Source: a bacterium | GTDB lineage: Bacteria; Zhuqueibacterota; Zhuqueibacteria; Oceanimicrobiales; Oceanimicrobiaceae | Direction of reading: 5' to 3' | DNA length: 29,496 nt | NCBI GenBank assembly: GCA_046757525.1 | Contig: JBHHYI010000034.1 | Coordinates: 1 to 29,496, forward strand | Shown here: piece after piece, positions 7,649-18,061 of the stretch | Layout: every line of letters begins with the position of its first letter | Numbering within the stretch: the stretch's first letter is position 1 | Made by a program: the position numbers and the translations under genes | Notes under the pieces: generated by a model | What the model was told of the DNA's origin: nothing | Databases searched by the model: none | The model's input: only the letters and a program-made list of their open reading frames with translations

Positions 7649-8347
7649 TCAGACCAATGCGAAATCTCTCTCAATAATCGACTGAAAGATTTTCGCACCG
7701 TCGGTGGAATTCAGTATCGCCTCCGCACACCGATCGGGATGAGGCATCATGCCCATGACGTTGCCCGCCTGGTTCATGATTCCGGCGATGTTTTCCAGCG
7801 AGCCGTTGGGATTCGCCTGCTCGGCTGTGTTCCCTTGTGCGTCACAGTAGCGAAAGAGCACCCGCTGATTCCGATTCAGCTCCGCAAGCGTTTCGGCATC
7901 GGCATAGAACCGCCCTTCCGCGTGCGCGATGGGGATGCGCAGGAGCTCTCCGGCGTGACACCTATTGGTGAAGATGGACTGTTCGTTTTCCACTCTCAAG
8001 TACACATACTTGCAAACAAAGCGCAAGTTTTGATTTCGCAACAAAGCCCCTGGCAGCAAACCGGCTTCGCACAGAATCTGAAATCCGTTGCAAATCCCCA
8101 AAACGATGCCGCCGGCATTGGCAAACTCGATGACCCGCTGCATCACTGGCGAGAAGCGGGCAATGGCGCCGGTGCGCAAATAGTCACCGTAGGAGAATCC
8201 GCCCGGCAGCAAAACCGCATCGAATCCTTTGAGGGAAGTTTCCTTGTGCCATACGTACGAGACCTCCTGAGTGAACACGTCCTTCAGCGCGTAATAGCAG
8301 TCGTGGTCACAGTTAGAACCCGGGAAAACGATCACCGCGAATTTCAT
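7649..8347 (-). CDS. purQ: FGAM synthase glutaminase subunit
   Basis: [30 protein letters not shown] and MMPHPDR. Confidence 0.96.
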   Translation of the reverse strand: MKFAVIVFPGSNCDHDCYYALKDVFTQEVSYVWHKETSLKGFDAVLLPGGFSYGDYLRTGAIARFSPVMQRVIEFANAGGIVLGICNGFQILCEAGLLPGALLRNQNLRFVCKYVYLRVENEQSIFTNRCHAGELLRIPIAHAEGRFYADAETLAELNRNQRVLFRYCDAQGNTAEQANPNGSLENIAGIMNQAGNVMGMMPHPDRCAEAILNSTDGAKIFQSIIERDFALV

Positions 8348-8348
8348 C

Positions 8349-8621
8349 TCAGCGCTTCACCTGACTCTTTGCACCATTCTCAACCAATTCGAAACTGTAA
8401 TCTTCAATCACCGGATTAGCCAGGAGTTGCTCACACGCTTTCGCCGTGAGAAGCTCGGCTTCTTGCCAGGAGACCGTCCCAAATTTCAATTGAATGTACT
8501 TGCCCATGCGAACTTCGTCGATATTCTCAAAACCCAAATTCTCCAGGGCGTGGTGCACGGTTTTGCCCTGAGGGTCCAGAATTCCACTTTTTAAGGTAAC
8601 ATGGATTTTTGCAACAAGCAT
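8349..8621 (-). CDS. purS: FGAM synthase subunit PurS
   Basis: [13 protein letters not shown]...[10 protein letters not shown]. Confidence 0.95.
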   Translation of the reverse strand: MLVAKIHVTLKSGILDPQGKTVHHALENLGFENIDEVRMGKYIQLKFGTVSWQEAELLTAKACEQLLANPVIEDYSFELVENGAKSQVKR

Positions 8622-8639
8622 GGAAATGGCCCTGAAGTG

Positions 8640-9380
8640 TTAATCCGGAAGAGAAATGTCGAAAACTTCCTCGTCCTCGTCCTCTTCCCGGACATGATTC
8701 AAAATCGACCGAAACACTCCCAATAGAACGAATCCCAGGACCAACGGAAACATGGCTTTTTCACGAAAAACGACGATGCAACCAAGAGCCAATACGAGAA
8801 CAGTCAAAGCCAGGGAGTTTTTTCTGCCTCCTCGAAAAGTAAGTTTTGGGATGGTTTCATACTCAACATTGCTGACCATAAGAATGCTCAGCAAAACCAC
8901 CAACGACGCAAAAACCGGGGCAAAACGGAGACCCTCCCAAAGATCGTAGTTAAAGATCACGTAGGCGGAAATGGTTACGGCCATGGAGGGAATGGGTAGC
9001 CCGGAGAAATTCTCCTTCTCGGAAGCCTCTAAATTCACGTTGAAGCGGGCCAGCCGGATCGATCCAAACAGCAGCGGCAGGAAACTTAGAATGACGCCCG
9101 GAGCCCCAAGTTTGTAGAAATAAACCTGGTAGATTAACACCGCCGGGCTAACGCCGAAAGAAACGACATCTGCCAAAGAATCGAATTCGACGCCGAACTC
9201 ACTGGAGGCATTGGCCTTTCGCGCTATTTTGCCATCAATGCCATCCCAAACCGCTGCTATTATGATCAACCAGGCAGCCGTGACAAACTTCTCCTGTAAT
9301 GCGTTAACTATGGCAAAAAAGCCAAAGAATAAATTCAACATGGTGAATAAACTTGGGACCAAACTTCTCTTATGTAACAT
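8640..9380 (-). CDS. pssA: CDP-diacylglycerol--serine O-phosphatidyltransferase
   Basis: PSLFTMLN, CDP-alcohol phosphotransferase motif DGIDGKIAR...GVEFDSLADVVSFG, RLARFN; adjacent to psd. Confidence 0.92.
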   Translation of the reverse strand: MLHKRSLVPSLFTMLNLFFGFFAIVNALQEKFVTAAWLIIIAAVWDGIDGKIARKANASSEFGVEFDSLADVVSFGVSPAVLIYQVYFYKLGAPGVILSFLPLLFGSIRLARFNVNLEASEKENFSGLPIPSMAVTISAYVIFNYDLWEGLRFAPVFASLVVLLSILMVSNVEYETIPKLTFRGGRKNSLALTVLVLALGCIVVFREKAMFPLVLGFVLLGVFRSILNHVREEDEDEEVFDISLPD

Positions 9381-10020
9381 TGCTCAATACTCCTATGATG
9401 CTTTCGCCACCTTTTACTTTTTGATGCATTGCAACTTTGATTTCAAAATTCTTTGGAAGAAAAATGTCGACACGGGACCCGAATTTGATAATGCCAAATC
9501 TTTCTCCTCTCCTAACTTTATGCCCTTCGCGGACATCGCAGACGATGCGCCGGGCTAAAATGCCTGCGATTTGTTTAAACAATATCTTCGACTGCCCGTT
9601 TTCAATGCCGATGACGGTTTGTTCATTCAATAAGGACGCGTCGCTTTTGTAAGCTTTGAGGAACGCGCCCGCCTTGTATTGAAAGTAACCCACCGTGCCG
9701 GTCAAGGGAATTCGATTGACGTGCACGTCAAAAACCGACATAAAAATGCTGATGCGGGTGGCGGCCTGCTGCAAAAACTCTCTTTCAAATTCCTCTTTGA
9801 TTTCAATCACTTTTCCGTCTGCGGGCGACACGATTACGCCCTCCTCTTCAGGTATGGTGCGTTCAGGGTCGCGAAAAAAATAGACGACCAACCCGGTCAA
9901 CAAGAAGCTAATGACGGCCAAAACCGTCAGATGCAAGTAGCGCGTAACAAAGGCACCCACAGTCACCAACGTGGTGAACAGAATCATTCCCGCTACGATT
10001 CCGAAGCCTTCTTTGTTCAA
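9370..10020 (-). CDS. psd: Phosphatidylserine decarboxylase (short family)
   Basis: YFFRDPER, SPADGKV, IFMSVFDVHVNR and the KFGSRVD autocleavage motif. TTG 10020 follows GGAGG; the alternative start is 10032. Confidence 0.92.
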   Translation of the reverse strand: MNKEGFGIVAGMILFTTLVTVGAFVTRYLHLTVLAVISFLLTGLVVYFFRDPERTIPEEEGVIVSPADGKVIEIKEEFEREFLQQAATRISIFMSVFDVHVNRIPLTGTVGYFQYKAGAFLKAYKSDASLLNEQTVIGIENGQSKILFKQIAGILARRIVCDVREGHKVRRGERFGIIKFGSRVDIFLPKNFEIKVAMHQKVKGGESIIGVLSNVT

Positions 10021-10047
10021 TGTGCCTCCCAATCAAACCACGCCGGT

Positions 10048-10791
10048 TCAAGTCTGTGTTGCGCCTTGTAGCCTGAAAACTCGATTGAATACTTCTCTGT
10101 AAGCTTCTTCCACGTTCCCCAAGTCGTGCCGAAACCGATCCTTATCGAGTTTTTCGTTGGTAGTCGCGTCCCAAAATCGACAGGTGTCTGGCGAGATTTC
10201 ATCGGCAAGAAAGATTTTTCCCAATTTGTTCCGGCCAAATTCTAACTTAAAATCTACCAGCAGCATGTTTCTTCTTAGGAAAAAATCTTTGAGCACAGCA
10301 TTTATCTTTCTTGCAAACCTTTCAATAAGGGTCAATTCCTCCGCAGTAGTGTACTCGTTCTCCAATATTTCTTTTTCACTGATCAGCGGATCGTGCTTCT
10401 CGTCATCCTTGAGGAAGAACTCCAAAACCGGTTGTTCCAATTTTGTGCCGTCTTTGATCTTATTGCGTTTGACGTAACTGCCGGTGGCAATATTGCGCAT
10501 CACCACCTCTACCGGAATCATATCGAGTCTCCGCACCACCATCGCATTGTCGGAATACGACTTGACGAAATGTGTTGGGACATGATAGCTGTCTAAGAGA
10601 TTGAACAAATAAGCCGACAGTTGATTGTTGATGATGCCCTTGTCCTTGATGGTTCCCTTCTTGGTGCCGTCAAATGCGGTGGCGTCGTTCTTGAACTCCT
10701 GAATAACCAGATCTTCATTATCCGTGTGATACATTTTTTTGGCTTTCCCCTCATAAAGTAACTTCTTCTTTTTTAGTGATGACTCTTTCAA
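10048..10791 (-). CDS. purC: SAICAR synthetase
   Basis: LYEGKAK, LVDFKLEFG, LADEISPDTCRFWD and LDKDRFR. Confidence 0.96.
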   Translation of the reverse strand: MKESSLKKKKLLYEGKAKKMYHTDNEDLVIQEFKNDATAFDGTKKGTIKDKGIINNQLSAYLFNLLDSYHVPTHFVKSYSDNAMVVRRLDMIPVEVVMRNIATGSYVKRNKIKDGTKLEQPVLEFFLKDDEKHDPLISEKEILENEYTTAEELTLIERFARKINAVLKDFFLRRNMLLVDFKLEFGRNKLGKIFLADEISPDTCRFWDATTNEKLDKDRFRHDLGNVEEAYREVFNRVFRLQGATQT

Positions 10792-10815
10792 TTTTAACCT
10801 TCTCCCTCCCTCAGT

Positions 10816-12126
10816 TTAGTTTCTTGAATGTCTGGTCAGGCCCACGCGATTGAAAATGTAATCTACGTTTCTGAGATTGTTCTTCAGATCGAAACAGTTC
10901 TCAATTTCTTCCTTCGAGAGAACCCGCAGGATTTCCGGGTCAGACAAAATCGCTTGCTTAAAATCACTGCGTGCGTTCCAAACTTGCATGGCTTTACTTT
11001 GGACCAACTGATAGGCCTGTTCCCTCGTCAGCCCCGCTCTGGTCAACGCCAAAAGGAGGGTTTGCGAGAAAACCAGGCCTTTTGTTTTATTTAAATTTAC
11101 CACCATGTTTTCCGGATAGACGATCAGCTCTTCCACAACCCTCGTAAACCGATGCAGCATGTAATCTAATGTAATGGTACTATCAGGGATAATGATCCGT
11201 TCCACCGAGGAGTGAGTAATATCCCGTTCATGCCAGAGAGCTATGTTCTCCAAGGCAGCCAATGCATTTGCGCGAAGGACTCTGGCTAATCCAGCAATTC
11301 GTTCACACGTGATTGGGTTGCGCTTGTGCGGCATGGCCGAAGAGCCCTTTTGGCCTTTGGCAAAAGGCTCCTCTACCTCGAGTATTTCGGTTCGTTGCAA
11401 ACTCCTGATCTCGGTGGCAAATTTTTCCAGGGAGCCAGCAATCAGACTGAGTGTGGTCAAATATTCGGCGTGCCGGTCTCTTTGTACGATCTGGGTTGAA
11501 ACCGGCGCCGGCTGGAGATTGAGTTTATTGCACACGTATTCTTCCACCTGGGGGCTCATGTGCGCAAAAGTTCCCACAGCACCGGATATCTTGCCTACGG
11601 CAATGGTTTGCAGAGCGCGCTCTAAGCGCTGGAGTCCTCTGCCTGTTTCGTCGTACCACAAAGCTAATTTCAACCCGAACGTGGTGGGTTCGGCATGAAT
11701 CCCGTGCGAACGGCCAATGCAGACGGTATCCTTGAACTCAAGGGCACGCCGGGCTAAAACTTCTCTGAGCTGCTCCAAATCTCGGACGAGAATTTGACCA
11801 GCTTCCCGCATCAGGAGCGCCAGAGAAGTGTCCAACAGATCAGAAGAAGTCAGGCCCAAATGGATGAAGCGGCTTTCCGGCCCCACAGATTCGGCCACAT
11901 TGGTCAAAAATGCAATTACGTCGTGTTTGACCGTCTCCTCGATCTCCAGGACTCGGCCTGCGTCAAAATCAGCCCGTTCTTTGATGGCCTGCAAAGCTTG
12001 CTTTGGCACAATGCCCAGTTCAGCCTGGGCTTCACAAGCCAAAATCTCGACTTGCAGCCAGGTGCGATATTTGTGCTCATCGCTCCAGATTTTGCCCATT
12101 TCAGGGCGGGTGTAACGTGTGATCAC
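10816..12126 (-). CDS. purB: Adenylosuccinate lyase
   Basis: HDVIAF, GRSHGIHAEPTTFG and the signature GSSAMPHKRNPI. Confidence 0.97.
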   Translation of the reverse strand: MITRYTRPEMGKIWSDEHKYRTWLQVEILACEAQAELGIVPKQALQAIKERADFDAGRVLEIEETVKHDVIAFLTNVAESVGPESRFIHLGLTSSDLLDTSLALLMREAGQILVRDLEQLREVLARRALEFKDTVCIGRSHGIHAEPTTFGLKLALWYDETGRGLQRLERALQTIAVGKISGAVGTFAHMSPQVEEYVCNKLNLQPAPVSTQIVQRDRHAEYLTTLSLIAGSLEKFATEIRSLQRTEILEVEEPFAKGQKGSSAMPHKRNPITCERIAGLARVLRANALAALENIALWHERDITHSSVERIIIPDSTITLDYMLHRFTRVVEELIVYPENMVVNLNKTKGLVFSQTLLLALTRAGLTREQAYQLVQSKAMQVWNARSDFKQAILSDPEILRVLSKEEIENCFDLKNNLRNVDYIFNRVGLTRHSRN

Positions 12127-12180
12127 GCAAACAGGCCTTTCATATTGTGTGAGCCAAAAAGGGAAATTCGTATTCCAAGT

Positions 12181-13368
12181 CTACCTCGGGGCACTCTCCA
12201 GTTGCAACGAGATATTCAAAAGTTCGTGCCCCCGTTGCACCTTCAAGTGCAAAATATCGCCGCCCCGCAGATCCGCATCCTCGATAATCTTCCGGATTTG
12301 TCTGGGACTTTTCACTTGTTGCCCATTGACTTCGAGGATAACATCGCCGATTTCCAACCCGGCGCGCTCAGCCGGACTACCCGACTCGACGTTGGTGACG
12401 ATAACCCCACGACGAGAATCCAATTTGAAATAACGCGCCATGATGGGGGTAATGTCATCCACCTCGAGTCCGGACCAATAGGAATGGTCTATTTCCCCAT
12501 ACTTCTTGAGTTCACTTAGAACTTCTTTGACACGGTTGATTGGAATGGCAAATCCCAAGCCAATGGAACCTACCGACTCCTTGCTGCCGGTAAAGATAAA
12601 GGTATTCATACCAATCACGTCACCCAAACTGTTCAACAAAGGCCCCCCGCTGTTGCCCTGGTTAATGGCAGCATCTGTTTGAATCATATCCTGATAGACA
12701 CGTTGATTTTTCTGCTTGCCGAAGTCGCGGTCCACAGCGCTGACCACTCCCACCGTCACCGTAGGTTTCGCGTTTAGCTCGAATAGGCCGAACGGATTGC
12801 CAAGCGCAATCACCCATTCACCGATGATGATATCGTCTGAATCTCCAAATTTAATATACGGATATTGATCTCCCTCGATCTTCAGCAGGGCGATGTCGGT
12901 AATATAATCCATGCCCACCACCTTGGCATTCTTGGTACTCCCGTCGGTCAATGTCACGACGATTTCGGTGGCGTTGTCAACCACGTGCTCGTTGGTCAAA
13001 ATAAAGCCGTTTGGAGAAATCAGAAATCCAGACCCCAGGCTTTTTACCGGTTCACGATACCGTCGGTCCGAAAAGAACAATCTGTAAAAAGGATCATCAT
13101 AAAAGGGGGCAGGATAGAGCTCCTGCATCTGCGTCACATTGATGCCACACACCGCGCCGCTGGCCTTCCGCACCGCCCGGGTGATGGCCGTTTCTCGGCT
13201 GTAAGAAATCTGGTCGTTGCTGGCATAGCGCTGGTGTTGTCCCGGGGGTTCTGTAGTCAACGACACTAAATCCAGGTTCTTCATCGGCGCATGCTCTTCT
13301 GGCTTGCCACAAGCCACAATTAGCAACAAGCAGAAGTAGACGACAAAGCCAAAAATGTTCTTATTCAT
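12181..13368 (-). CDS. HtrA/DegS-type serine protease with one PDZ domain, probable lipoprotein
   Basis: Lipobox-like LIVAC, GSGFLI, TNEHVV, DIALLK, QTDAAINQGNSGGPL and a C-terminal PDZ. Confidence 0.93.
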   Translation of the reverse strand: MNKNIFGFVVYFCLLLIVACGKPEEHAPMKNLDLVSLTTEPPGQHQRYASNDQISYSRETAITRAVRKASGAVCGINVTQMQELYPAPFYDDPFYRLFFSDRRYREPVKSLGSGFLISPNGFILTNEHVVDNATEIVVTLTDGSTKNAKVVGMDYITDIALLKIEGDQYPYIKFGDSDDIIIGEWVIALGNPFGLFELNAKPTVTVGVVSAVDRDFGKQKNQRVYQDMIQTDAAINQGNSGGPLLNSLGDVIGMNTFIFTGSKESVGSIGLGFAIPINRVKEVLSELKKYGEIDHSYWSGLEVDDITPIMARYFKLDSRRGVIVTNVESGSPAERAGLEIGDVILEVNGQQVKSPRQIRKIIEDADLRGGDILHLKVQRGHELLNISLQLESAPR

Positions 13369-13389
13369 AACTCAAGGCCTTTAAATTGA

Positions 13390-14043
13390 TTAGCTAACCC
13401 TATTTTTGACCTTTTCCCAATCATCCAGAAATCTTTTCAATCCGATATCGGTGAGCGGATGATTGAAAAGCTGGTCGAACACTTTGTACGGCATCGTTGC
13501 AATATCTGCTCCAATCAGGGCTGCCTCAACCACGTGTAAGGGATGCCTGAGACTGGCAGCCAAAATTTCGGTTTCATAGCCATAATTGTCGTAAATGGTG
13601 CGAATATCGGAAACGATGTCCATGCCGACCCCGCTGATGTCATCGACCCGTCCCACAAAAGGGCTGACAAAGGTAGCGCCGGCCTTGGCGGCCATGAGCG
13701 CCTGGGTCGGGCTGAAGCAGAGGGTCACATTGGTGCGAATGCTTTCAGCAGAAAGCGCCTTAACGGCTTTTAAGCCTTCGCGCAGCATGGGAATCTTTAC
13801 AACGATATTGGGATGCAGCGACGCCAGCGCACGGGCTTCCTTGAGCATGCCTTCTGACTCCGTAGCAACTACTTCCGCGCTAACCGGACCGTTGACCACT
13901 TCGCAAATGCTCAACAAAATATCCTCGAACTTCCCTTCTTCTTTCGAAACCAGAGTCGGATTCGTGGTCACGCCGTCCAGAATGCCCATGCTGGCGGCTT
14001 GCTTTATTTCGTTCAGGTTCGCCGTGTCCAAAAAGAATTTCAT
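13390..14043 (-). CDS. fsa: Transaldolase / fructose-6-phosphate aldolase (TalC/MipB family)
   Basis: Start ATG 14043 (MKFFLDTAN). Motifs [20 protein letters not shown] and SPFVGR. Confidence 0.92.
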   Translation of the reverse strand: MKFFLDTANLNEIKQAASMGILDGVTTNPTLVSKEEGKFEDILLSICEVVNGPVSAEVVATESEGMLKEARALASLHPNIVVKIPMLREGLKAVKALSAESIRTNVTLCFSPTQALMAAKAGATFVSPFVGRVDDISGVGMDIVSDIRTIYDNYGYETEILAASLRHPLHVVEAALIGADIATMPYKVFDQLFNHPLTDIGLKRFLDDWEKVKNRVS

Positions 14044-14058
14044 AATGGTTACTCCCAA

Positions 14059-14787
14059 TTAATAATAAATTTTTTCCAGAAACAATCCCTGGGGCGGCAC
14101 CTTAGAACCCGTGCGGGTTCTGTCCCTGGATTCCAGGATTGCTTTAATATCTTGCGGATCCAGTTTGCCGCGCCCGACTTCCAACAACGTGCCAACAATG
14201 ATCCTAACCATGTTGTGAAGAAATCTATTCGCCACAATTCTAAAAACAATCTTGTCCTCGCCTTCTTGCCAATGGACCAGTTTCACATCGCACAAATAAT
14301 GAGACTCGCCGGCCACGACTCTGCTAAAGGCGGAAAAATCGTGCGTGCCAAGCAGAAATTGCGAAGCCTGCGTAATCGGTTCCAGGTCCAACTTGAATTT
14401 GCTGTACCAGCAATACTGCCTGCCAACTGCGCGCAATCTCCTGGAAAACACATAACGGTATTCCCTTTCTCGTGCACTAAAACGGGCATGAAACTGCTCG
14501 TCCACCTCTTCTGCCTTTAAGACTCGCACATCTTGCGGCAGCACACTGTTCAACGCTAAACACAAGGCGTCAGTCTTGAGCAAGCGCTCCGTTTTGAAGT
14601 TCACCACTTGTCCCAAGGCATGCACGCCAGCGTCCGTTCGACCGGCAGCGATCACTTTAGGCCTTTGGCGCAACACCTGTTCCAAAGAGCCTTCCAGCGC
14701 ACCTTGCACGGTTCGCGCCTGCGGCTGCCACTGCCAGCCCGAAAAATCCGTCCCGTCGTACTCCAGGGTGAGCTTGATATTTCTCAT
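14059..14787 (-). CDS. truA: tRNA pseudouridine(38-40) synthase
   Basis: Start ATG 14787. Motifs YDGTDFSGWQ, AGRTDAGVHA and FLHNMVRIIVG. Confidence 0.96.
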   Translation of the reverse strand: MRNIKLTLEYDGTDFSGWQWQPQARTVQGALEGSLEQVLRQRPKVIAAGRTDAGVHALGQVVNFKTERLLKTDALCLALNSVLPQDVRVLKAEEVDEQFHARFSAREREYRYVFSRRLRAVGRQYCWYSKFKLDLEPITQASQFLLGTHDFSAFSRVVAGESHYLCDVKLVHWQEGEDKIVFRIVANRFLHNMVRIIVGTLLEVGRGKLDPQDIKAILESRDRTRTGSKVPPQGLFLEKIYY

Positions 14788-14814
14788 AAGGATTATTGGG
14801 CCACTCAAGAGGTT

Positions 14815-15615
14815 TTACCCCAACCAAACCATCGATGCCAAAGAGCCAGCAGACAAGAGCAACAAGACAAAATCAGCCCGTTTGAATTGCAATCTCCGAA
14901 AACTCGTGCGGCCTTCACCGCCGAAGTAGTGACGCGCTTCCATGGCCAGCGCCAGCTCATCTGCACGCCGGAAAGCCGAAATAAACAAGGGCAACAACAT
15001 GGGAACGATGTTCCTGACCCGGCGCAACAAACTGCCTTCCAGGGACACCCCCCGGGACAGTTGTGCGTTTTTCAATCTTTCAGCTTCCCTGATTAAGATC
15101 GGCACAAATCGTAAAGACAAAGTCATCATAAAAGTAAATTCCTGTACCGGTACCTTGAGTTTTTTGAGCGGTGAAAATAGCCTTTCCAGACCATCCGTCA
15201 GCTCGATGGGCGAGGTCGTCATCGTGAGCAACGTTGCTAAAACAATCAAAAAAACAAGCCTCAGAGTAAATACGATGCCGTTGGTCACACCAGCTTCTGT
15301 TACGGATGCGCCCAAAAACGGCACTTGAACCAGTAAGCGACCCGGGGTGGTCAAAAGGTGAATGATAAACGTGAACCCAAACAGCCAGACAAAGGGTCTC
15401 AGATTCTTAAGGATGGTCTTAAATGGCAACTTAGAAAAAAGGATCCCCAGCACACAGACACCGCCAAACAACGAGACCAGGCTAATCTCGTCTGCAAGCA
15501 GTAGAGCTGTCATCAAGATGAGACTGGACAAGAGCTTGCTTCTGGGATCGATCCTGTGTAAAATCGAATTCGAAGGATAATATTGTCCAAGCGTTAAGTC
15601 GTTTAAAAAGCTCAT
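14815..15615 (-). CDS. ecfT: ECF transporter transmembrane T component
   Basis: GQYYPSNSILHRIDPRSKL, LRFVPIL, AQLSRG and LALAMEAR. Confidence 0.92.
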   Translation of the reverse strand: MSFLNDLTLGQYYPSNSILHRIDPRSKLLSSLILMTALLLADEISLVSLFGGVCVLGILFSKLPFKTILKNLRPFVWLFGFTFIIHLLTTPGRLLVQVPFLGASVTEAGVTNGIVFTLRLVFLIVLATLLTMTTSPIELTDGLERLFSPLKKLKVPVQEFTFMMTLSLRFVPILIREAERLKNAQLSRGVSLEGSLLRRVRNIVPMLLPLFISAFRRADELALAMEARHYFGGEGRTSFRRLQFKRADFVLLLLSAGSLASMVWLG

Positions 15616-15639
15616 AAAATGATTTATTTGTCACCAGCC

Positions 15640-15667
15640 AATATAAAATTTTTTTTAATAAAATCAA
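15640..15667 (-). promoter_or_regulatory. Possible sigma70 promoter for ecfT-truA and downstream genes
   Basis: Minus strand TTGATT-N16-TATATT in the AT-rich divergent region. Confidence 0.35.
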
Positions 15668-15799
15668 ACAAAAAAGAAGTGCAAATGCGGTTTCATTTAT
15701 CTTGCTGAGGCCTGAACTCTGGCCCGTGCTTAGCCTGAAAAAGAGGCGCACGGAAACCTCACCGAAACCGAGATATTCCCAAAGAGGTTAATTTTTCCC

Positions 15800-15828
15800 T
15801 TGACTTTTTAAATTATTTCCTTTAAGTT
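15800..15828 (+). promoter_or_regulatory. Putative sigma70 promoter for the OPT gene
   Basis: TTGACT-N17-TAAGTT about 100 nt upstream of ATG 15931 (SD GGGAGGAG). Confidence 0.55.
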
Positions 15829-15930
15829 GATCGACGGTTTTCGGAGGAAGGTGCAGGATCCTATTCTTTTCTTATTTCTGCTTTATCATTTCCACTTAGA
15901 TTTTGCCCATAATTTCGGAAGGGAGGAGAC

Positions 15931-17898
15931 ATGAACAACCCGGAATTTAAGTCTTTTGTACCTGCAGATTCGGACCTGAAAGAATTTACCTTCAAAGCGT
16001 TAATCTTAGGGGTCTTCATGGCCGTGGTGCTTGGAGCCGCGAATGCCTATCTTGGCATGAAGGCAGGGCTCACTGTGGCTGCCACCTTTCCGGCCGCAGT
16101 CGTGGCCATGGCTGCATTAAGAGGCTTCAAGGGAACGATCTTAGAGGAGAATATTGCTCGAACCACGGCTTCGGTGGGTGAGGCTTTGGTCGCCGGGGCC
16201 ATTTTCACCATTCCCGCCTTTGTAATAAGCGGCGTTTGGGATACCTTGTGGTCCGTGGAACACCTCGTCGAAGGTGCGATCATCATGCTCATCGGTGGCA
16301 CCCTCGGGGTGCTGTTCATCGTGCTCTTGCGACGGACCATGGTAGAAGAGGCCGAGCTGCCCTTTCCGGAAAGCGTGGCCGCCGCAGAAATCGTCAAGGC
16401 GGGCCAGGGCAGCGCCACCGGTGCCAGTTACGTTTTTGGTGCCATGGGACTCGCCGGGCTCATCGAGCTGTTCAAAAACAGCAACGGCATTCACATCATC
16501 ACTGATACGGTGAACCGCTTTTTCCATTTTCCTGCCTCAAAAATTCAAATATTGGGCACCTTGAAATCTTTTGCCGGCGGCATGAAGCTGGAAACCCCCG
16601 CAGCCTCGCCGGCGTTGCTGGGCGTTGGCTACATCGTGGGATTCAGAATCTCCGCGGTCCTCTTCGCTGGCGCAGTACTTGGCCACCTGTTGTTGGTGCC
16701 TTTGGCCATCTTTTTGAATCCCACGTTAGGCGATTTTGCTGCCGCTGGACAAAGCTGGGTGGCAATCAGTGACGAGATTTGGTTTCGCCAGATAAGACCC
16801 CTGGCCGTCGGCACCATGATTGTCGCTGCCTTTTACACGCTCTTCAATCTGCGCACCTCTCTCATTGAAGGCATTGGTAAGGCTTTTAGGGATTTGCAAA
16901 AGATGAAAGCTCATGCCGGTCCGGTTTCCCGTCTGGAAATCGATCTGGACTTCAAAAAAATAATCATCGCTATCTTGATTCTGGCCGTGCCGCAATATAT
17001 TCTGTACCACTATTTCAGCGGCTCTTTGCTCGGTTCCATCGTGTTGACGGTGGTCCTGCTGGTCGTTGGCTTCTTATTCGCTGCAGTGGCGGGCTACCTG
17101 GTGGGGCTCATCGGCAGTTCAAATAATCCCATTAGCGGACTGACCCTGAGCACGCTGCTCATCTCCGCCATCCTGATGGTCGCCATCGGCGTAACCGGGC
17201 CCAAGGGGATCGCTGCGGTGTTAGGCGTGGCTGGCGTGGTCTGCTGTGCAGCGGGCATCGCTGGCGACATGACCCAGGACTTGAAGGTGGGGCACATCCT
17301 GGGCGGCACGCCCTGGCGCATGGAAATGGGCGAGATCATCGGAGTGATTATCGCGGGTGCGGTTCTCATGCCGTTCATCGCTGTCATGGACAAAGTCTAC
17401 CATATCGGCAGCGCCGCGCTGCCGGCGCCCCAGGCCGGACTCATGGCGCTGATGGCCCAAGGAATTGTGGGCGGTCAAATGGCCTGGCCGCTGGTGATCG
17501 TAGGCATCGTGTTCGCCATCGGTTTAATCCTGATCAATGCACCGTCGCCCATGTTGATCGCAGTGGGAATGTATTTGCCGTTTAGTTCAACAGCAGCGAT
17601 CTTCGTCGGTGGCATTGTCAAGTGGATTCTGGACAAGAACGTGGCTGCCAGAGGATTGGGCGAACAAGGCAAAACCAAGGCTGAAAACACAGGCGTCCTG
17701 CTGGCGTCCGGATTGATCGCCGGGGAATCTCTCATGGCCGTCATCTTAGCCTTTGTGGTATTGGGAATTAACATGTCGGGCAGCTCTTTTGCGCTTGCAA
17801 AACTGGCCCCTTTTAACTCCGCCTGGATGGGTTTGTTGATTTTTGCCGTCTTGTTCTACGTGCTGATCAAGACCCCTTTGGACAGTTTAAAAAAATAA
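15931..17898 (+). CDS. OPT family oligopeptide transporter
   Basis: ANAYLGMKAGLTV, ILEENIARTTAS, LPFPESVA, GSSNNPISG, QDLKVGHILGGTP, LPAPQAGLM and ASGLIAGESL; many TM helices. Confidence 0.95.
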   Translation: MNNPEFKSFVPADSDLKEFTFKALILGVFMAVVLGAANAYLGMKAGLTVAATFPAAVVAMAALRGFKGTILEENIARTTASVGEALVAGAIFTIPAFVISGVWDTLWSVEHLVEGAIIMLIGGTLGVLFIVLLRRTMVEEAELPFPESVAAAEIVKAGQGSATGASYVFGAMGLAGLIELFKNSNGIHIITDTVNRFFHFPASKIQILGTLKSFAGGMKLETPAASPALLGVGYIVGFRISAVLFAGAVLGHLLLVPLAIFLNPTLGDFAAAGQSWVAISDEIWFRQIRPLAVGTMIVAAFYTLFNLRTSLIEGIGKAFRDLQKMKAHAGPVSRLEIDLDFKKIIIAILILAVPQYILYHYFSGSLLGSIVLTVVLLVVGFLFAAVAGYLVGLIGSSNNPISGLTLSTLLISAILMVAIGVTGPKGIAAVLGVAGVVCCAAGIAGDMTQDLKVGHILGGTPWRMEMGEIIGVIIAGAVLMPFIAVMDKVYHIGSAALPAPQAGLMALMAQGIVGGQMAWPLVIVGIVFAIGLILINAPSPMLIAVGMYLPFSSTAAIFVGGIVKWILDKNVAARGLGEQGKTKAENTGVLLASGLIAGESLMAVILAFVVLGINMSGSSFALAKLAPFNSAWMGLLIFAVLFYVLIKTPLDSLKK

Positions 17899-17932
17899 AG
17901 AACTCGGGCCGGTAATCAAGAGGCACTGTGCG

Positions 17933-18040
17933 AGTCATCCCGAGTAGGTCACTGTTTCTCAAGTGACCGTATCGAGGGGTGACGGGCGTCGCCCTTCGAT
18001 ACGTCCCGACCCAGAACCCGGGGGACTACTCAGGACGACT
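17933..18040. repeat. Compound palindromic REP-like element (four-way junction)
   Basis: Outer arms AGTCATCCCGAGTAG / CTACTCAGGACGACT enclose three hairpins: GGTCACT/AGTGACC, GTATCGAGGGGTGACG/CGTCGCCCTTCGATAC and GTCCC/GGGAC. Confidence 0.75.
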
Positions 18041-18061
18041 ACCTGTGTGCGCAATCTTAGA

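Noticed and set aside
8640..10020. psd-pssA interrupting the pur genes as a horizontal insertion
   Set aside because: Tight gene coupling and no mobility signatures; I recall this order as lineage-typical in FCB bacteria.
17933..18040. Cloverleaf as a tRNA
   Set aside because: No D-loop GG, no properly placed T-loop, no 7-nt anticodon loop and no CCA; the stems are too long.
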